Below the pieces are notes generated by a model, which saw only the letters and a program-made list of their open reading frames with translations, had not been told where the DNA came from and did no database searches. This document shows positions 44,965 to 55,932 of a stretch of 64,000 bases of DNA, one piece after another (positions within the stretch are counted from its first letter, which is position 1; the number at the start of each line of letters is the position of its first letter). The stretch spans positions 413,320-477,319 of the forward strand of contig CAWAEE010000016.1 of NCBI GenBank assembly GCA_963781125.1. Reading direction: 5' to 3'. This DNA is from an uncultured Acidobacteriaceae bacterium (lineage in GTDB: Bacteria; Acidobacteriota; Terriglobia; Terriglobales; Acidobacteriaceae). A program made the position numbers and the translations under genes.

Positions 44965-45413
44965 AACCTTTCCGGCATCAGCGTCTTCCTTCCTCCGTTG
45001 AGCGCGAAATTGACGCCGGGGGGTTGCGGGGGTCCGCGAGAAGGTTCTGCCTCGCTGAGCAGAAACCAACGAGGGGCACAGACCGTAACATCCTCGCCAG
45101 CCCAAGCGGAGCGAAGAATATGCCTGAGCATTGCGGATCAATTCCCGTCTTTCGCTCACAATGGAGAGTTGGGCTGCGACTGCAAGGAGGGCTCCTCGCG
45201 AGGCTAACTCCAGTGCTGAGACGACTCTGCGGATAAGTCCAATTCTGAGAGGACTTTGGAAAGATCTCTCGTCGCTAAGCTCATGAAACTAAGGAATTTC
45301 CGCACAGAGTCCGTGGGGGAGGGCTGACCACAAGAATAGGTGTAGGGAACGTCTCACATTACCTCCGGGAAGCACCGGTCAGCCTCGGTTCGGCATTTCC
45401 TTCAGACCCCACG
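44965..45413. ncRNA. Candidate large structured non-coding RNA (family unknown)
   Basis: At least seven 7-15 bp complementary stem pairs in nested or adjacent arrangement plus a crossing 7-bp pairing; no convincing ORF. Structure predicted by eye only. Confidence 0.35.
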
Positions 45414-45461
45414 TAGACTCAGAAGAACATCTACATATAGAGGCGTATAGAGGCAACGGAT

Positions 45462-45959
45462 ATGAGCAAGTCCAGGGGCACCGGTATAGCTATAGCAATT
45501 TGTTGTTTAGCGTGCTGCATTGGCTCGGTCTCCGCGCAGAAGCTGGATGCGACCGTACTCTACCGCCAGAACAGCGACTCGGATTACAGCGCCTTGATCC
45601 CCGGCTACTCCAACCCGGCCAGCCCGGACTGCGCCGCCGACCTCGCCAATGCCGCTTGCGACGACTCAGCGCGTGCGACGGGTAACGTTTCGGCCTCGCA
45701 GCCCTTCGCCTACTACGTCACTGGCACCACGCTGTCTCTGCTGTTACCCGACGGCAAGATCGCCGTGGTCAACTGCATCAACAAGTATTCGTCCAAAGGG
45801 ACCTACATCCTGCGCCGTAATTGCGGCATGCCTCTCGTGGAACATGTCCAGGCGGAGTTCAAAGGCAGTATGGCGAAACTCGAGTGGCCCGTCGGCCCCG
45901 AAGGCGCGAAAATCGAATCGGAAAAATACAAGGTCGTTGCCATGCTCGACAAACGGTAA
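45462..45959 (+). CDS. Exported Cys-containing hypothetical protein
   Basis: Signal peptide (VSAQ), GAGG RBS, four Cys in the mature region. Confidence 0.75.
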   Translation: MSKSRGTGIAIAICCLACCIGSVSAQKLDATVLYRQNSDSDYSALIPGYSNPASPDCAADLANAACDDSARATGNVSASQPFAYYVTGTTLSLLLPDGKIAVVNCINKYSSKGTYILRRNCGMPLVEHVQAEFKGSMAKLEWPVGPEGAKIESEKYKVVAMLDKR

Positions 45960-46059
45960 TCGAAGCCAGCCGCCGGTTCTGTGCCGCAGTTCGCAATGTG
46001 TAAATCTTTTCAGTTGACCTTCGCATGGCTCTGGTACGTTGTCTGCGGAGGAAATTTGC

Positions 46060-46332
46060 ATGAATCTTCGCAAGCTAACTTTGGGCACAGCCTTTTCCCT
46101 CGCACTCGTCGCCGGTGGCGTCACCGTTGCCCAGAACGTCAATCCCCACCGACACCCCAACCTGGCTGCCGCGCAACGCCTCATCGATCAAGCCATCGGC
46201 CGCGTTGACGCTGCCCAGCAGGCCAACGAATTTGATATGGGCGGTCACGCCGCCAAGGCAAAAGATCTCCTTGCACGGGCCAACGAGGAAATCAAGGCCG
46301 CGGCCATGGAAGCCAACGAACATCGCCACTAG
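46060..46332 (+). CDS. Small exported helical hypothetical protein
   Basis: GGAGG RBS, signal peptide, HPNLAAAQRLIDQA...GGHAAKAKDLL. Confidence 0.8.
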   Translation: MNLRKLTLGTAFSLALVAGGVTVAQNVNPHRHPNLAAAQRLIDQAIGRVDAAQQANEFDMGGHAAKAKDLLARANEEIKAAAMEANEHRH

Positions 46333-46405
46333 TCCTCTACTCGTTGCAGATGGGTGGCGCCGCTGCGGGTGGGCCCTGACGCCGCCCTTGAACTCAGCTT
46401 GAATT

Positions 46406-46439
46406 GGGGCGCTCCAGGTCTCTGTGTCGAGGCTTGGAA
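46406..46439. repeat. Degenerate REP-like hairpin between convergent genes
   Basis: GGGGCGCTCCAGGTCTC...GAGGCTTGGA imperfect inverted repeat. Confidence 0.45.
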
Positions 46440-46450
46440 AAGCATCAACG

Positions 46451-46930
46451 CTAAATCCGTCCCGCAATCAAGGTGGCAAGATCTTCCAATTGCCGGTCGG
46501 TGTGATCGCCAAGACTGAGGAAGAAGCGAACATTTCCCTTGCGCGCATGCAGCCCGTGTCGCGGATCGAAATACGTCTCATCTCCGACGCCTGCGACGGG
46601 CGTTGGTGGACTATAAAACATCTTCAATTTCGCAAACAAGTCCGTCGCCTCTGCGGCTGAAGTATCGAAATAGATCCGGAACAGAAGTTCGCCACTCCCG
46701 TTCGAAGCGCGATAATGGCAGTCTGTTCCCTGCACTGTATTCGCATAGGGTCGCGGAGCCACGCTCTTTTCCGGTGCGCCAAAGGTTTGTCCCACGCTCT
46801 TGCTCACCTCAGCCGCAGTGAGCAGCGAGCAAGGGTCTGCCGGAGCAGTGGCTGCCCTCACCCTCGGAACCATCGCCGCCGCTCCCACTAATACGGCGGC
46901 AAACAGTAATGCTTTTCCAAACCGAGCCAT
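46451..46930 (-). CDS. Exported hypothetical protein (DPCSLLT motif, DUF3558-like)
   Basis: GGAGG RBS, signal peptide, DPCSLLTAAEV...C...PVAGVGDETY. Confidence 0.75.
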   Translation of the reverse strand: MARFGKALLFAAVLVGAAAMVPRVRAATAPADPCSLLTAAEVSKSVGQTFGAPEKSVAPRPYANTVQGTDCHYRASNGSGELLFRIYFDTSAAEATDLFAKLKMFYSPPTPVAGVGDETYFDPRHGLHARKGNVRFFLSLGDHTDRQLEDLATLIAGRI

Positions 46931-47060
46931 ACGCTAACCTCCTGGCGCCCCAGCAAACATTCCCATTTTCGGCGTCCCGGAAATGTCCGCGATTCTACCT
47001 TGCTCCGTGATGCCCGCGCCAAGAAAAAAAACCACCCGCCACCCCTGTTAAATTATTGCC

Positions 47061-47468
47061 ATGCTTTCCAATCGTTCCGTGCCTCCGTGCACCGTCATTC
47101 CCGTCCTCATCTATCCCGACCCTGGCGTCGCAGCGGATTGGCTCTGCGCCGCCTTTGGATTCACGGTGCGCCTCCGAATCGCTAATCACAGAATCCAAAT
47201 GCGGGCCGGCGGCGGATGTATAACGATCGCCGAAGGCAACATCACCCCCAACAACTCGCACATCGTTCAGATTCGCATTGACGACGCCAATGCGCACTGC
47301 GAGCGGGCCCGCCAGCACGGCGCAAAAATCCTGACGGAGCCCGTCGACCATGTCTACGGCGAGCGCCAATATAACGCGGAGGACTTCGCCGGTCACCGAT
47401 GGGATTTTACCCAGACCATCGCCGACGTTGCTCCCGAAGAGTGGGGCGGCACTCCGGTCGATCTATAG
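47061..47468 (+). CDS. VOC/glyoxalase family protein
   Basis: AADWLCAAFGF, ARQHGAKIL, YGERQY, DFAGHRWDF. Confidence 0.9.
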   Translation: MLSNRSVPPCTVIPVLIYPDPGVAADWLCAAFGFTVRLRIANHRIQMRAGGGCITIAEGNITPNNSHIVQIRIDDANAHCERARQHGAKILTEPVDHVYGERQYNAEDFAGHRWDFTQTIADVAPEEWGGTPVDL

Positions 47469-47486
47469 CAAGTAGCCCGACTTTCC

Positions 47487-47931
47487 TTAGTGCGGCTTGA
47501 ACGTCTTTCCCGTCTCAATCAGCGTCTTCAGCCGCGACAAGATGCGCGGCCACCCATCCGCACAGAAATCGTAATTGGGATCGTCCTCCGCCCACTCATC
47601 ATGCGTGACCACGACCTTGGTCGCCTCAGTCTCCGACGTTAGCTCCACTGTTGCACGTGAGAATCGTTCGCTCTGGCTCGTCGCAAACGTGTACTGCAGA
47701 ACCTTCGGAGCATCGGCGCGCAAAACCTTTCCGTGGACATATGGAATGATCTTCCCGTCTTTCCCGGGACCGAGCCAGGCAATCTCTCCGCCAGGCTTGA
47801 AATCGGCCTGGAGTTCCGCTCCCATAAAAATCACGCGGTTCGAATCTTGCGAAGTGAACCCCTCCCAAACTTTCTGGGGAGCGGCGGCAAAGTAAAAGGT
47901 GTAGGTCAGGGGCAATCGATCGGCCATCATT
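47487..47931 (-). CDS. SRPBCC (AHSA1-like) domain protein
   Basis: AAPQKVWEGFT, TKVVVTH, GWPRILSRLKTLIETG; GGAGG before the Met. Confidence 0.88.
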
Positions 47932-48206
47932 CCTCCTGCAATCTCTCGCTTCAACTCTATAGCTAGAGAGCCAAGCACAGAAAAGCGCAAAAAGCCAATA
48001 AAACTGCGAATGTCGTTAAACGTACCTAACTTTCACATTCTCAAAAGCCTCGTCGCTCATGGATTCAAAACCGTGCAAACAAGAGAAACCTAAGACTCCA
48101 TCGAGATTTCCAGAGACAACTCCAACCAACCTCGCACCATGATTCGTGCAACAAAGCAATATAGAGGGCAATTATGGGTTCCATTCACACGATGAGGAGA
48201 CTCTCA

Positions 48207-48452
48207 ATGATCGAAGTGGGCCAGGAAGTTACCGTGATCAACGAAAAAGGCGTCGCCTACAATGGCTTCGTCATGGCGACCGCAACCAGTGTCGACGGCA
48301 CCAAAGCCTATAAGGTCGCAATCGACGGCAACGGATTGCAGCAGCTTGGGCAGTGGCACAAGGCCTGCGACGTTTTCGTTCTCGATCCGCCCACGCCTCC
48401 TCGCGATGAGCCCATCCAGATAAATCAGATGAAGAGTTTCCTGCGCCACTAG
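48207..48452 (+). CDS. Small hypothetical protein (SH3/KOW-like beta pattern)
   Basis: GAGGAG RBS; IEVGQEVTVINEKG...YKVAIDG. Confidence 0.65.
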   Translation: MIEVGQEVTVINEKGVAYNGFVMATATSVDGTKAYKVAIDGNGLQQLGQWHKACDVFVLDPPTPPRDEPIQINQMKSFLRH

Positions 48453-48599
48453 GCGCCCCCGCGCCAAACTGCCTCTGCAATTTCATCATCGCGTCGCGAG
48501 CCAAAACTGAGCGACGCTGTTGTAAATCCCTAGTCCGATTTCCCTGCTCTCTTCCCCGTCAATCGACTCTTCGCATCAGGCTATACTTACGCCAAGCCT

Positions 48600-49944
48600 A
48601 TGCAGACCCGCACCTTGCTCGCTCTGTTCGCGTCCCTTCTTGCAATTCCTGCCATGTTGCTCGCTCAGACTTCGACCCAGACCTCTCAAGTATCCCCGGC
48701 CACCAAAATGAGTTCAAAAAATCAAACCCCGGAAGGGGTGCAGAAGTCCGCCATCGTCATCGATACCCACGCCGACACGCCGCAGCGCTTCGTCGATGAG
48801 AATTTCGATCTCGGCGATCCGCTCAACGGCGGCAACTTCAACCTGGAATCGGCTCGAAAGGGCAATCTGGGCGCGGAGTTCTTCTCCATCTGGGTTGACC
48901 CCGCTGCTCAACAAGGGCCACTTCGCGCGGCGCACGCTCATCCTCATCGACTCAGTCAAGCAGCAGGTGGCCAAACATCCGGACCAGATGATGTTCGTTA
49001 CCTCGCCCGAAGGCATTGAACTGGCGCATCGCGAACACAAACTCGCCGCGCTGATGGGCATCGAGGGCGGTCACTCGATCGAGGATTCGCTTGCCCTGCT
49101 GCGCCAGTACTACGCGCTCGGCGTGCGCTACATGACGCTGACCTGGTCGAATTCCAACGGCTGGGCCGACAGCTCCGGCGACGTCGACGACACGAGCGTG
49201 CCGCACACCAAGGAAGGCCTCACCGAATTCGGCAAGGATGTGGTCTACGAGATGAATCGCCTCGGCATGATGGTGGATATTTCGCACGTCTCCGACCGCA
49301 CCTTCTATCGCACTCTGGTCATCACCCGCGCACCCGTCATCGCTTCGCACTCATCCGCGCGAGCGCTTTGCGATGCGCCGCGCAATATGACCGACGACAT
49401 GCTGCGCGCCGTGGCGAATTCCGGCGGGCCCAACTCCAAGGGCGGCGTGGTGCAGGTCAACTTTTACTCCGGGTTTCTTTCGCAGGCCTATCGCGATACG
49501 CAGAAAGCCATCAAGCCTGAAATGGACAAGGCTGTCCAGGAGCTGAAAGACAAGTACAAGGCCGAAGGCAAAGAAGCCCCCGACGCTGAAATCTCGAAGC
49601 TGCAACGCCAGTTTGCCGATCGCATTCCGCGCCCGCCGCTTTCGGTGCTCATCGACCACATCGACCACATCGCAAAAGTTGCCGGGGTGGATCACGTCGG
49701 CTTGGGTTCGGATTTCGATGGCGTCAGCGGCCAGTTGCCCGAGGGCCTCGACTCCCCCGCCGACCTGCCGAAGATCACGGCAGCGCTGATGGAGCGCGGC
49801 TATTCCGCCGAAGATTGCCGCAAGATTCTCGGCGGCAACCTGCTCCGCGTCTTCCGCGAAGTCGAGCAGGTAAGCAAGCAACTGCAGGCCGAAAGCCGGC
49901 CCCGCATCACTGAGAAGCAGCCGTTCGATAAGCCTCAGAAATAG
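48600..49944 (+). CDS. Exported membrane dipeptidase (peptidase M19; frameshift ~48905)
   Basis: IDTHAD, GIEGGH, YMTLTW, VDISH, VIASHS, HVGLGSDFDG. Confidence 0.93.
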
Positions 49945-50162
49945 CGTCGCCGTGAGTTCCGGGAGATGCGCGATATGCGGTCGTGGATTCGCCCGATACG
50001 GCGCAGTTCGTCAAAACCGGCCGCGGGCTCTCCGTCATATCTTCGCGCATCAGTCGCAGCCGGTAGTCACCGATCGATGCACAGAAATCACATTTCTAGC
50101 CACAGTTCGTCTCGTCAACATCTATACTGACCGTTCGAACTATCCCCGTCTGGAGATTTCAC

Positions 50163-51864
50163 ATGCGTTGCTGTCGTTGCGTGGTCCTCTGCGTTGTCTC
50201 AGCCGCCCTGCTGCAGTTGCCTGTTGCAATTCACGCCACAGATGACACGCTCGGCGACAAAAGCATCCGCCGCGGAAAAGACGCCGGCCCCGCCGCCCGC
50301 AGACGTTACAACGCAAGGTTCCGTGGATGTGGAGGGACAGCACATTCTCTACACGGCCATTGTCGGAACCATCACCGTCGGCGCCAATGACACCCAGGAT
50401 GCGCAACTTGGAATGGACGGAAAGCCGCAGCCCGGCAGCGAACTTGCGCTCTCCGAACCAAAGGAATCCGAAGGATGCGCCGCCGGTTGCCCGCATGTTC
50501 TTACGTGGCATATTTCAAGAAGGACGCGAAGGCCGAGGAGCGGCCGATCACCTTCTTTTACAACGGCGGCCCGGGCAGTTCCACCGTGTGGCTGCACATG
50601 GGATCGCTCGGTCCCAAGCACGTGGTCACTGCGGGCGATCAGCACCTGCCCGCCGCTCCCTACAAGCTGGTCGACAATGCGAATTCCCTGCTCGACGTCA
50701 GCGACCTGGTCTTCATCGACATGCCGGGCACAGGCTTTGGCCGCCTCATCGGCAAGGATGCCGCAAAGGCTTTCTGGGGCGTGGATGAGGACGCCGACGC
50801 CTTTGCCCGCTTCATCGCCCGCTTCATCACCAAGTACAACCGCTGGAACTCGCCCAAGTTCATCTTCGGCGAGAGCTACGGGACCACGCGCTCGGCCGTG
50901 CTGGCGAAAATTCTCGAAGAGAAGAAATCGATCGACCTGAACGGCGTGATTCTGCTTTCGCAGATCTTCAACTTCACCACCGACATCGACGGCGCCAAGA
51001 CCAATCCCGGCGTCGACTTGCCTTACGTGCTCGCTTTGCCCACTTTCGCCGCCACGGCCTGGTACCACAAGAAGCTGCCGCAGCAGCCGGCGGCGCTCGA
51101 GCCGTTCCTGAAAGAGGTGGAGGAATTCGCGCATGGGCCCTTACTCGCACGCGTTGGCGCAGGGAACAGACCTGCCCGACGCCGAAAAGCAGTCCGTTGC
51201 GGAGAAGATGCACGACTACACCGGCCTGCCTGTCGCGTACCTGCTCAAGGCCAATCTGCGCGTGAGCGGCGGCGAGTTCGAAAAGACTTTTCAGGATGAG
51301 ACAGACCTGACCACTGGGCGCTCGACACGCGCTTCTCCGGGCCCACCATCAATCCGTTGAGCGAAAACGCGGATTACGATCCGCAAAGCGCGGCCATTTC
51401 TTCGGCCTACGTTTCGCTCTTCAACGACTACATGCGGCGCGATCTGAAGTACGGCGAAGGCCAGACCTATTTGCCCGACATTCCGGAGTCGGACGGTGGC
51501 GAATGGAATTTCAAGCACGCACGGCAACCTCATCGGTCTGAATGTCTCGAGCGATCTGGCCGAAGCGATGAAGACCAACCCTCGCCTCAAGGTGATGGTG
51601 AACGGCGGCTACTACGACCTGGCCACGCCCTTCTTCGGCGCAGAATACGAAGAGAAGCATCTGCCGATTCCGCAATCGCTGGCGAAGAACATCGAGTATG
51701 ACTGGTACGAGTCCGGCCACATGGTCTACGTGCGCGACGAGTGCCTCAAGCAGCTGCACGACCGCGTGGCTGCCTTCATCAAGAGCGCGTCAAACCGGCG
51801 AATGATAGATTCTGATCCCTGGCCTCAAACCCCGGCTGGCGGATTCCAGGCCGCGGTGGCCTGA
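50163..51864 (+). CDS. Exported serine carboxypeptidase (peptidase S10; frameshifts)
   Basis: FFYNGGPGSS, FIDMPGTGF, FGESYGTTR, GYYDLATP, YESGHMVY. Confidence 0.92.
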
Positions 51865-51887
51865 GCCGCCTTGTATAGTAGCTCCAA

Positions 51888-53592
51888 ATGAATCGCCTCG
51901 CCCTGGCCCTGCTCTTCTTCGCTCCCGTTGCCTTCGCCCAGTCGTTTTCCAGTCAGCTTTCCCGAGCCAGTTAAGTGCGCAGCCCCTCGATGGCCGTTTG
52001 CTGCTGGTTCTTTCGACCGACCCCAGCGATGAGCCGCGCAACCAGATCGACGATTCGCCGCGATCGCAAATCGTCTTTGGCGTCACAGTCGATGGCTGGC
52101 AGCCGGACCATCCTCAACGGTGTCGACGGCACAGCCTGGGGCTATCCCGTTCGGAGCCTGAAAGACCTGCCGCCCGGCGACTACTTCGTGCAGGCGGTCC
52201 TCAACAAATACGAAACCTTTCATCGCGCCGACGGCAAGAACCTCAAGCTGCACATGGACCAGGGCGAAGGCCAGCATTGGAATAGCTCGCCGGGCAATCT
52301 CTATTCAAAACCTGTCAAGATTCACGTGGGAGCGGATACCGACAACTATCCCATCGCGCTCAGCGAAGTCATTCCACCTATCGTCACCCCCGCCGACACC
52401 AAATACGTACGGCACATCCACATTCAAAGCCAGGTACTGACAAAATTCTGGGGACGGCCCATGTTCCTGAGCGCCATCGTTCTTGTCCCCGAGGGATTCG
52501 ACGACCACCCCAATGCGCATTTTCCGCTGATGATCTTTCACGATCACTTTGTAACCGACTTCGATGACTTCCGCACCACTCCACCCGATCCGAATCTGAA
52601 GCCCGACTACAGCGAGCGCTTTCATCTCGCAGGCTACAACCGCATTCAGCAGGAGGAAGCCTACAAGTTTTATCAGCGATGGATCTCGCCTGGTTTTCCG
52701 CGTGTGCTGATCGTGAAGATGCAGCACGCCAATCCGTACTACGACGATTCCTATGCGGTGGACTCAGCCAACGTCGGCCCCTATGGCGAGGCCATCGAGA
52801 ATGAGCTGATTCCCGCCATCGAAAAGCAATTTCGCGCAATCGGCCAGGGCTGGGCACGGTTCGTCTATGGCGGGTCGACCGGCGGTTGGGAAGCTTTGGC
52901 AGTCCAGGTCCTCTATCCCGATCACTACAACGGCGCCTTCGCGGCATGCCCCGATCCGATCGATTTTCACGCCTTCACCAACATCGATCTCTACGACGAC
53001 GACAACGCCTTCTACCTCACCGGCGCACACAAACGCGTGGCGCAACCCGCCATGCGCGACTACCTGGGCCACACGTTCATCACCACGGAAGAAATCAATG
53101 CCTACGAGTTGGCTCTCGGCGATCATGGGCGCAGCGGTGAGCAATTTGATATCTGGCAGGCTGTCTACGGCCCAGTCGGTGAAGATGGTTATCCCAAGCC
53201 GATTTTCGATAAGGTCACCGGGCAAATCGATCATTCCGTCGCCGAGTATTGGCGCCAGCACTACGACCTGGAAGCAATGCTGGAACGCGATTGGGCGAAG
53301 TTGGGACCAAAGCTCGCAGGCAAGATTCACATCTACGTCGGTTCAGACGATACTTATTTTCTGAACGACGCCGTCTATCGCATGCAGGATTTTCTCGACT
53401 CCACGAAGAATCCGCCCTACGGCGGCGAAGTGACCTACGGCCCGCGCGCCGAGCACTGCTGGAATGGCGACCCAACACTGCCGAACGCCTATTCGCGCCT
53501 CCATTACAACACGCAGTATTTGCCCAAGATCCTCGATCGTATCCAGAAGAACAGCGCCACCGGGAGCGGACCTGACAAGCTGGCGGTATTGA
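51888..53592 (+). CDS. Exported alpha/beta-hydrolase (esterase-like; frameshifts)
   Basis: Signal peptide, GGSTGGW nucleophile elbow, YVGSDD, AEH. Confidence 0.85.
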
Positions 53593-53626
53593 AACTCAGG
53601 CGTTAAGCCCATCCACGCCGTGTGCC

Positions 53627-55305
53627 TCAGCTGGCAAGCACGCTGTGCTGCGCGTCCACTTCCTGGGCGCGGTCAAGGGCGGCCTGAATGTTAGGCACGA
53701 TATTCTCGTGGCCCACATGGGCGATAAAGCGAGGTTGTTGCAACAGCTGGGAAGGCTGCTCCATGGCGCCGCAGAGAATCAAGTTTCGCCCGGAGTCGCG
53801 CAGCCGTCGAGCAAAAGTTTCGATCGCGTGAATCCCCGTCGCATCGACCGCCGTCATGTTGCGCAGGCGCAGGATCACCACCGGCGCGAATGCCTCGAGA
53901 TTCGCGGTGGCTTCGACGAGTTTCTCTGTCGTCCCAAACAGAAATGGTCCGTGGATGCGTAGCAGGGTGACATAGGGAGGGATGATGCGGCCTTGCAGTG
54001 TATGCGGCAGGCCGTCGCGAATGTAATCCTCAGTGACCGGCGAGACCGTGGTGGTTTCGGCGATGCGATAGATATAGACCAGCGCCGCCAGAGCCATGCC
54101 GACGCTAACCGCTACCGTCAAATCAGCAAAGACGGTAAGCGCAAAGGTGACCAGCCAGACCGCGATGGCGGTGAAACCCATCTGCAGAATGCCACCGATT
54201 TCGCGCCACTCACCCATGTTGTACGCGACGACAAAGAGCACCGCAGCCAGCGCGGTGAGCGGAATGTAACTCGCCAGCGGGGCAGCAACGAGCAGAATCA
54301 CAAGGAGCGTGAGAGCGTGCACCATGCCCGAAACCGGTGACCGCGCGCCGGAACGAATGTTGGTCGCGGTGCGCGCAATTGCGCCGGTGGCGGGAATGCC
54401 TCCGAAGACCGGTGAGACAATGTTGGCGATACCCTGGGCAACCAACTCCACGTTTGGATTGTGCCGATCTCCCGTCATGCCGTCCGCCACTACAGCGGAA
54501 AGCATGCTCTCCAACGCTGCCAGCAACGCTACGGTGAAGGCCGAAGGAATCAGGGGCAGAATGTGTTCGGCGTGAAAGTCGGGGATCGCGAATGGCGGTA
54601 GGCCCTGCGGAATCCCGCCGAAGCGGGTGCCGATGGTTTCGACAGGCAGATGAAACAGGACGCTGACACCGGTACAAACCAAAACAGCGACGATGGAGCC
54701 CGGCACACGTTTCGTGAGCCGCGGCATTCCGAGCATAATTGCCAACGTTCCCGCGCCCAGCATCAGCGCAGGTGCATTCAGACTGCGCGGAATGGGCGAT
54801 CAGCATCTTCATGCGCAGCAGGAACTCACTCGGGAACCGCCCCGATGCGCAAGCCGAAGAAATCTTTGATCTGCGTGGACGCGATCAGCACTGCGATGCC
54901 GTTCGTGAATCCAATGACGACGGGCCGAGGGATGAAACGCACAGCCGACCCGAGGCCGGTCAGTCCCATCACCAGCAGGATGACCCCCGCCATGAGCGTG
55001 ACCATGGCCAGGCCGCTCATGCCAAAACGCGCTACGATTCCGGCAACGATCACCACGAACGCGCCGGTAGGTCCGCCGATTTGGGTACGCGAGCCGCCCA
55101 AAGCAGAGATCAGAAACCCGGCGACGACCGCCGTATAGAGCCCCGCCTGCGGCGTGACCCCGGATGCGATGCCAAAAGCCATCGCAAGTGGCAGCGCGAC
55201 GAGTCCCACCGTGATTCCGGCGAGCAAATCGTGTAGAAATGCCTGCCGCGAATACGAACGCAGAGCGAGAACTGCTTTCGGCAGGTTTGGATTGCTGACT
55301 GACAT
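53627..55305 (-). CDS. SulP family anion transporter with STAS domain (frameshift ~54800)
   Basis: [50 protein letters not shown]. Confidence 0.94.
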
Positions 55306-55365
55306 TGAGACTTATTTCAATTTTACTTCCAACTAAGACTCTCCTGGCGACTTGCGTCTGCGCAA

Positions 55366-55836
55366 TCAGTCGGAGGTACCGTTCTTAACCTGTTTTCGAT
55401 AGATGTATGCTCCCCGGCCGGGTGCATAGTAGTTCTCCTCATCGCCAGCGCGCACGAAAGCCATAGGTTTCGTAAAGGCGAATCGCGGCCCAATTCTCGA
55501 CATCGACGTGGAGCCAGATAGTCGAAGCTCCGGCCGCCAGCGCGGAACCTTCCATATGCTTCAGCAGTTCACGGCCCGACGCCCTGCCCGCGCATCTCCG
55601 GGAAGGACTTCAATCGTCTGGATATACGCGCTTATCTCATGGATCGCCTGCGTCCATTCGACGATGGCGAAACCCGCCAATGCTCCATCGTCTTCGGCCA
55701 CCCAGGTCGCCGCATTCTGCGCCTGCACAAGCCACCGCATGTACCGGCGACCGAACGTCATCGGCGGTTGAAAGCAGACTTCTTCGATGCCATAGACGGC
55801 CTCAAAGTCTTCCGGCTTGTAAAGGCGATAGTTCAA
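55366..55836 (-). CDS. GNAT N-acetyltransferase, RimI-like (frameshifts)
   Basis: IEEVCF, YIQTIEV, RGQGVG, WLHVD, AIRLY and ENYY spread across frames. Confidence 0.85.
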
Positions 55837-55883
55837 TTTAGTTTTGTAAACACGGCGCCAGATCGAGAAATGCAATGAAAGCG

Positions 55884-55915
55884 AAAAGAGCCACCCTCCG
55901 CGAGAGGATGGCTCT
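55884..55915 (-). terminator. Intrinsic terminator of pfkA
   Basis: Minus strand reads AGAGCCATCCTC-TCGCG-GAGGGTGGCTCT-TTT just after the stop. Confidence 0.75.
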
Positions 55916-55932
55916 GATTGTATGCAGCGCGC

